From Raillietiella orientalis (taxonomy: Eukaryota): a stretch of DNA of 64,000 nt. The DNA lies in NCBI GenBank assembly GCA_036172245.1, contig JAYWIR010000003.1, positions 2,542,001 to 2,606,000 of the forward strand. Direction: 5' to 3'. Shown in pieces: positions 59,494 to 64,000 of this stretch; position 1 is the first letter of the stretch; each line of letters begins with the position of its first letter. The position numbers and the translations under genes are program-made. A model generated the notes under the pieces. The model saw nothing but the letters and a program-made list of their open reading frames with translations. It was not told the DNA's origin and searched no databases.

Positions 59494-62400
59494 AAAAAAA
59501 GGGAAGGGGGGAGGGGCGAAAAAACAAAAGCTGGGGGGGGAACTTCCTTTTGCTAAGCAGTGAGCTTTGATCGCGGTCTCGCATGCCACTTTCGTGTGTG
59601 TGTCGCACCCTTCGGCAGACCGCGAGAAATACGAAAACCCTTGCGTGGAGGCTTTCGAAATTCCCTCTCCAATGGAAAGCCGCTGCCTGCGTTTTCGTTA
59701 TGGAAGTCACAATGGTGTTCCGCGGTGCCGAGCAACCGTCCTCCTGCCTCCACGCGAGGGTTTGTCTAAAAGGGAAAGTCTCCCACGAACGTTTTTAGGC
59801 AGAGTCCACACACAAGATGTGCATCCACGAAAAACGCAGCTCTCCGAAAAGCGTCTTAAGGACAGAGCTTTTTTGGAGAGCTTTCATGAATTCAGTTGGT
59901 GTTCTCGTCGGGTTTTTTTTTTTTTTTTTTCTCTCTTCCCGAAAAGAAAAAGAAACGTTGCAGTGCACAGTCGCATAAGAAACACTGAAGCTCTTTGTTT
60001 TTTGTCTTCGTGGTAGGAAAGAAATTCTGCTTCCCAAGGCGGAGCATCTGCTGCCGGGTTCAAACAACAGAAGCACTGCATGATCTCCGGATAAAGTAAA
60101 AAAAAAAAATTGTAAATAACAGCATTCTACAACTCGGGGAAACTTTATCCAGGAAGTCTCAGTGTTCAGTGGTTTCCAGGAATGCAAACATGTATCGACA
60201 GCTCGCCAAAGGGGAGAGCGAGGGCAACAGGATCAGCCAACCGAAAGAGAATCTTCTTGCAAACAGAGGAGAAGAACGCAAAACAAGGGAGCGGATACAT
60301 AAGTTGCTCCAGATCGATGGTCTCCGGGCTCATTCATTGTCTTTGGTGAAACTGCGAACGCACTCTATTTTCGATTCCAATTTTTTCTGGTCCATTCACC
60401 GTTTCCGCAGTGTCGCGATTCCTAATGCTCTAATTTATGAAACTGCTTCTCCCCTGGAAGAATTATAAATAAAGCGAAGAAGCCCTCCGCCTTATGCAGA
60501 GGCGCAGCTTTTCAGTAAGACAAGCGAATCAAAGCGGCGGAGATGGAAGTCGCCATCCTCGCGGGAGAGCGATTCCTGGGAAACCCACCGCGCTTCGCCG
60601 CGTGACCGCCGCCAAGGAGTTCCTATCCATCCCACAGAAATTCTACTTACGGCGACCGCGGCGACTGCTCCGATCGGCGGCCGGGAAGCTCGGACTGAGG
60701 AGAAGCCACACGCAGTTTTCCCTCCTGCGAGGGGAAAAAGCGAAAGGGGTGGAGTGCTTTCATCTGAAAATCTTTGCACAGATCGATCGGCTGGAAGGAG
60801 CACAGTCGCGGTTCTCGTGGGGAGCGCACTGGCGCGGGCACAGCGGTGGATCGCAAAAGCCGGTGGTCGTCCCGGATTGCAGCACGGTCGCTTCTGGAAG
60901 GGCAGAAGAGGAGCCTCGACCTACGCCGCCGTGCAGCCGGATCGGGCAGCTCCGCGGGCGAGGTGACCCCCCCCCCCTCTGCCATTCGGCTGCGAGCAGA
61001 AGCGCGATCGGTATCGGCGATGTTATCGAGCAACATATTCCCAGGACGTAGCGAGGAAGATGGAGAGCACGCATCTCTTGCAAGCGATCCGCCGCTTGCA
61101 GCGAAGCAAACGGGAAGCAGAAGCGGATTCCGCGGAGAAGAGGGGAGGGAGTGCTGCAGGCAACGGCAACTCCCCGACGAATCCGGGAAACCTGGTGAAG
61201 CCATGGAGGGTGGGCGAACTGGAAGCGCCAAAGCAGACTCGGTGCCCGCTTTGGTGATCAGTTGTGGCTCAGGAAAGTCTTTCGGGCTGCTGCTTGTCTG
61301 AGGGTTGGCAACCCTGCGGGAGGAGACAGGCGCGTTCTTCGAACTACTTCTTTGGTGCAATGGCTCGGACGGCGAATGGCGGTGGAAACCCTTCAGACGC
61401 TTTGGATTTGTGCTCGCCAAGTTAGAAGAACCCCAACGATTGCCCGAATCGGGATCGGATTCGGCTTTCATCTGAGTAGGGACATGTCTTCCGGTACGAA
61501 CACACACACGCACACGCACATGTGTACACGGTCCCTCTCCCTCTGCGTTCTCGTTTTCGATTTGGGAACGATGTCGCCGTGCAACTAGTCTTCGGAACTT
61601 TTCTCCACTCATCACTTGCGCGTGTATGGCCATCTGGAATTAGCGGCCGTGCTCTTGGAATCTCTGCGCTCCCTCTCGGAAAGCCCACGACACTCGAGGA
61701 TTAACGTGACCAGCATGCCAAACATTTTACAATGCCGATGGCCAAGCATCGATTATGATCTCGTTTCTACGAGCGAGCAGATGAACGCACAAGGAGGCAA
61801 ATCATTCATTCAATTTGCGTCAGCCATCCTCCCGAAAATGAGAAACAATGTTCGTTGCATCGTTGGAAGCTGAGGCTTCAGTTGCTTCGAATTCTGATCT
61901 TCCACTTTCAGAGGAATGCACGAAAGAATCTTTTGCGATATTGGCGATGCTGAATCTGGTCGGAAGTCCCGGCAGAATTCCTCGCCAGTCCATGTGAAGA
62001 AACGGAAGAAAGAAGAAGAAGGACAAGCCGGAAGCGCTTTCGACATAATACAAACAGTAACATTCATGGTCTTTTATGTATACATATGTAAACCGACGAG
62101 GTGGCTGCAGGAAATCTTTTTCCTTGCACGGACGAAAAAGGCAGCAGCACGCATCTCACAACTTGCGTCTATTCATTGAATGCAGGTTTTTGAATGGTAC
62201 AACTTTTGAGCTTCAGCTCTTCGCGGCATCTACTCAGTTCGAGAGAGATCAAAAAAATGAATCCGCCCGAAGATTTCTTTAGAGCGACATCCCTCCGAAA
62301 ATGATGAGGGTGTCGGCGCCTCGAGATGTTGGATCCCGGTTCCGAGTCGCGCAGTTTGTGAAAAGATAGGTTCGAGCTGAAGATGCGTTCTCTTAAGCTC

Positions 62401-64000
62401 TCAAGGAGGCGATCCCCCGGAAACGAAAACCGAAGACGTTCGGCAACCACCGTTTGAGTCCAGATCTAAGATTTCATTGATTTCACGATAAGATTGGCCC
62501 CTAAAAGATAAAATGAACTCACGTATGTCCTACATTGTGACTACTCTTCAACCATGAAAGGTCTTTTCAAGAAGCATGCAGAATCACGGTTTTAGCACGC
62601 CTTTCGTGCATGGATGCTGTCATCTCAGTGTATTTACCTTTTTTTTATTACCTAGATCACTGTATTGAAAAAAAAAAAAAAAATTATACTCACCTCTCGA
62701 GACAAAATTTTTTTTTTCAAAAAAAAAAAAAGCAAAAAAAATAAAATAAAATGGAATCAACGAATGCGAAATTGACCAGGGTCTTTCGGGAATTCTCATG
62801 CTCTCCCATTTCGTAAACAAAAGATAAAACACACGTGTGATATGGGGAAAAGGGGGAAAAAAAAAAAATCGGCATCAGCTGATTCGCTTGTAAGAATTTT
62901 TTTTTCCTTTTTTTTTTTTTTCCTTAAACTCTCAGCTGATTTCTACAAAGCGGACAAATGCGGTACGGGAACCCAACCAGTGTACACCACCAGTGCAGAT
63001 GCGATGGTACTGCACCTTAGGTCAAAGCACATTATCTGACACTTGCTGCAGATTCCACTGATGGAATCTGAAGCAACTGGCTTCGAAAAGTGCAACAAAA
63101 ATCACAGGACCAACACAAAATCACTTCGGCAACGCCTTAAATCCCGTGCAGCAAAATAGCGCCTTCAAAAAGCATTCGAAGGTTCGTACGACGAAATTTT
63201 TTTTTGTTTTTTTTGTTTGTATTCCTTACCTTGAAGCACAAGACTTTGCAGCAAGTCTAAAAAAACTCTTTCTATTATAGCATCTCTTTTGATATACCCT
63301 CGGCAGTTTCTAGACAAATTTGAAAGATTGAATCGGGAAGAGGCAATCCCATTGGTTTCATAGATAGGAGCAACGACGTGATGTTGCTTTTTCTATTGAT
63401 TCTCTGTGAAAGATGACAGTGCCTTTCGTAATGCCCCTTTTGCTTCATGGAGCACCACACACAGCCTCTGCTCATCATTTATATAGTAATCAATAACCTA
63501 ATTACATTTCATGCACGTGTGCAAAAGATGCATCTCTTGAAATGGCTAGCAAGCAACAAACATCAAACACAAACACCGAACGGAAGCATCAGCTAAGGAA
63601 AACTAATTAAAGTATTGTCAAATCTACAAAAAAACAAGCAAAAAAACGAGCTTTTAAACGGGAGCCAACTTGCTGCTCTTTCTTGGGTTGCAAGTTGGAA
63701 GACAATAGAGGATGCAGGACATGATCAGATTCTGTTTACCAAAAATGAACAAAGCCGGTAAACATTGAAAAAGAAACAACGAAAATAAAAATAGCCAACA
63801 AACAATAGGAGAAAACTTTCATTAGGTCATACCTGGGACACCCCCATTAAACCAGAACCCAAGGGTTGGCATCTTTGTTGGTATATCATGTGCTTGCATA
63901 TCTGAAAAAACAGGGACTTCATGACTACATCCTTGGCTACCTAGATTCCCATCATTTTATACAAAAGAATGTTTCGGAATCCAGGCGAAAGTTAGTTTGC

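Noticed and set aside
62625..62760. Minus-strand AG|GT juxtapositions (GAGAG|GTGAGT, CTAG|GTAATA) as recursive-splicing ratchet points or microexons
   Set aside because: The acceptors are non-YAG or preceded by a competing CAG, the implied exons (8 or 22 nt) break frame, and the region is homopolymer-rich.
63270..63965. AT-rich, CpG-poor segment at the right edge, considered as a transposon remnant
   Set aside because: No terminal repeats, TSD, or transposase/RT-like translation visible.

Overview
Eukaryotic genomic DNA from an arthropod Hox cluster, probably a non-insect. The only protein-coding sequence I can support is the terminal homeobox exon of Ultrabithorax (Ubx) on the minus strand (39624-39967). 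It has a clean phase-1 acceptor, the diagnostic Ubx homeodomain, the UbdA peptide, and a Ser/Gly/Gln-rich tail without the insect poly-Ala. No YPWM exon appears in the ORF track, so 39968-64000 is read as part of the large Ubx intron. Positions 1-39623 are read as the Ubx 3' UTR and the Ubx-Antp interval; Antp coding sequence is not in the window and its position is inferred only from cluster order. The rest is non-coding: GC/CpG-rich islands, Exd-Hox and YY1/PHO-type motifs, microsatellites, and an 11-copy ~48-bp minisatellite in the probable 3' UTR. The most unusual items are four: a tandem pair of ~220-bp units that each fold into a long hairpin favoured on the strand antisense to Ubx (33.7-34.1 kb); a candidate frame-preserving 27-nt Ubx microexon (63230-63256); a centred-type miR-iab-4-5p complementary site (32.6 kb); and four short patches at 2.4-5.9 kb that look scrambled and mostly sit between AG...GT splice-like ends. 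All counts are by hand; no searches or folding programs were run.
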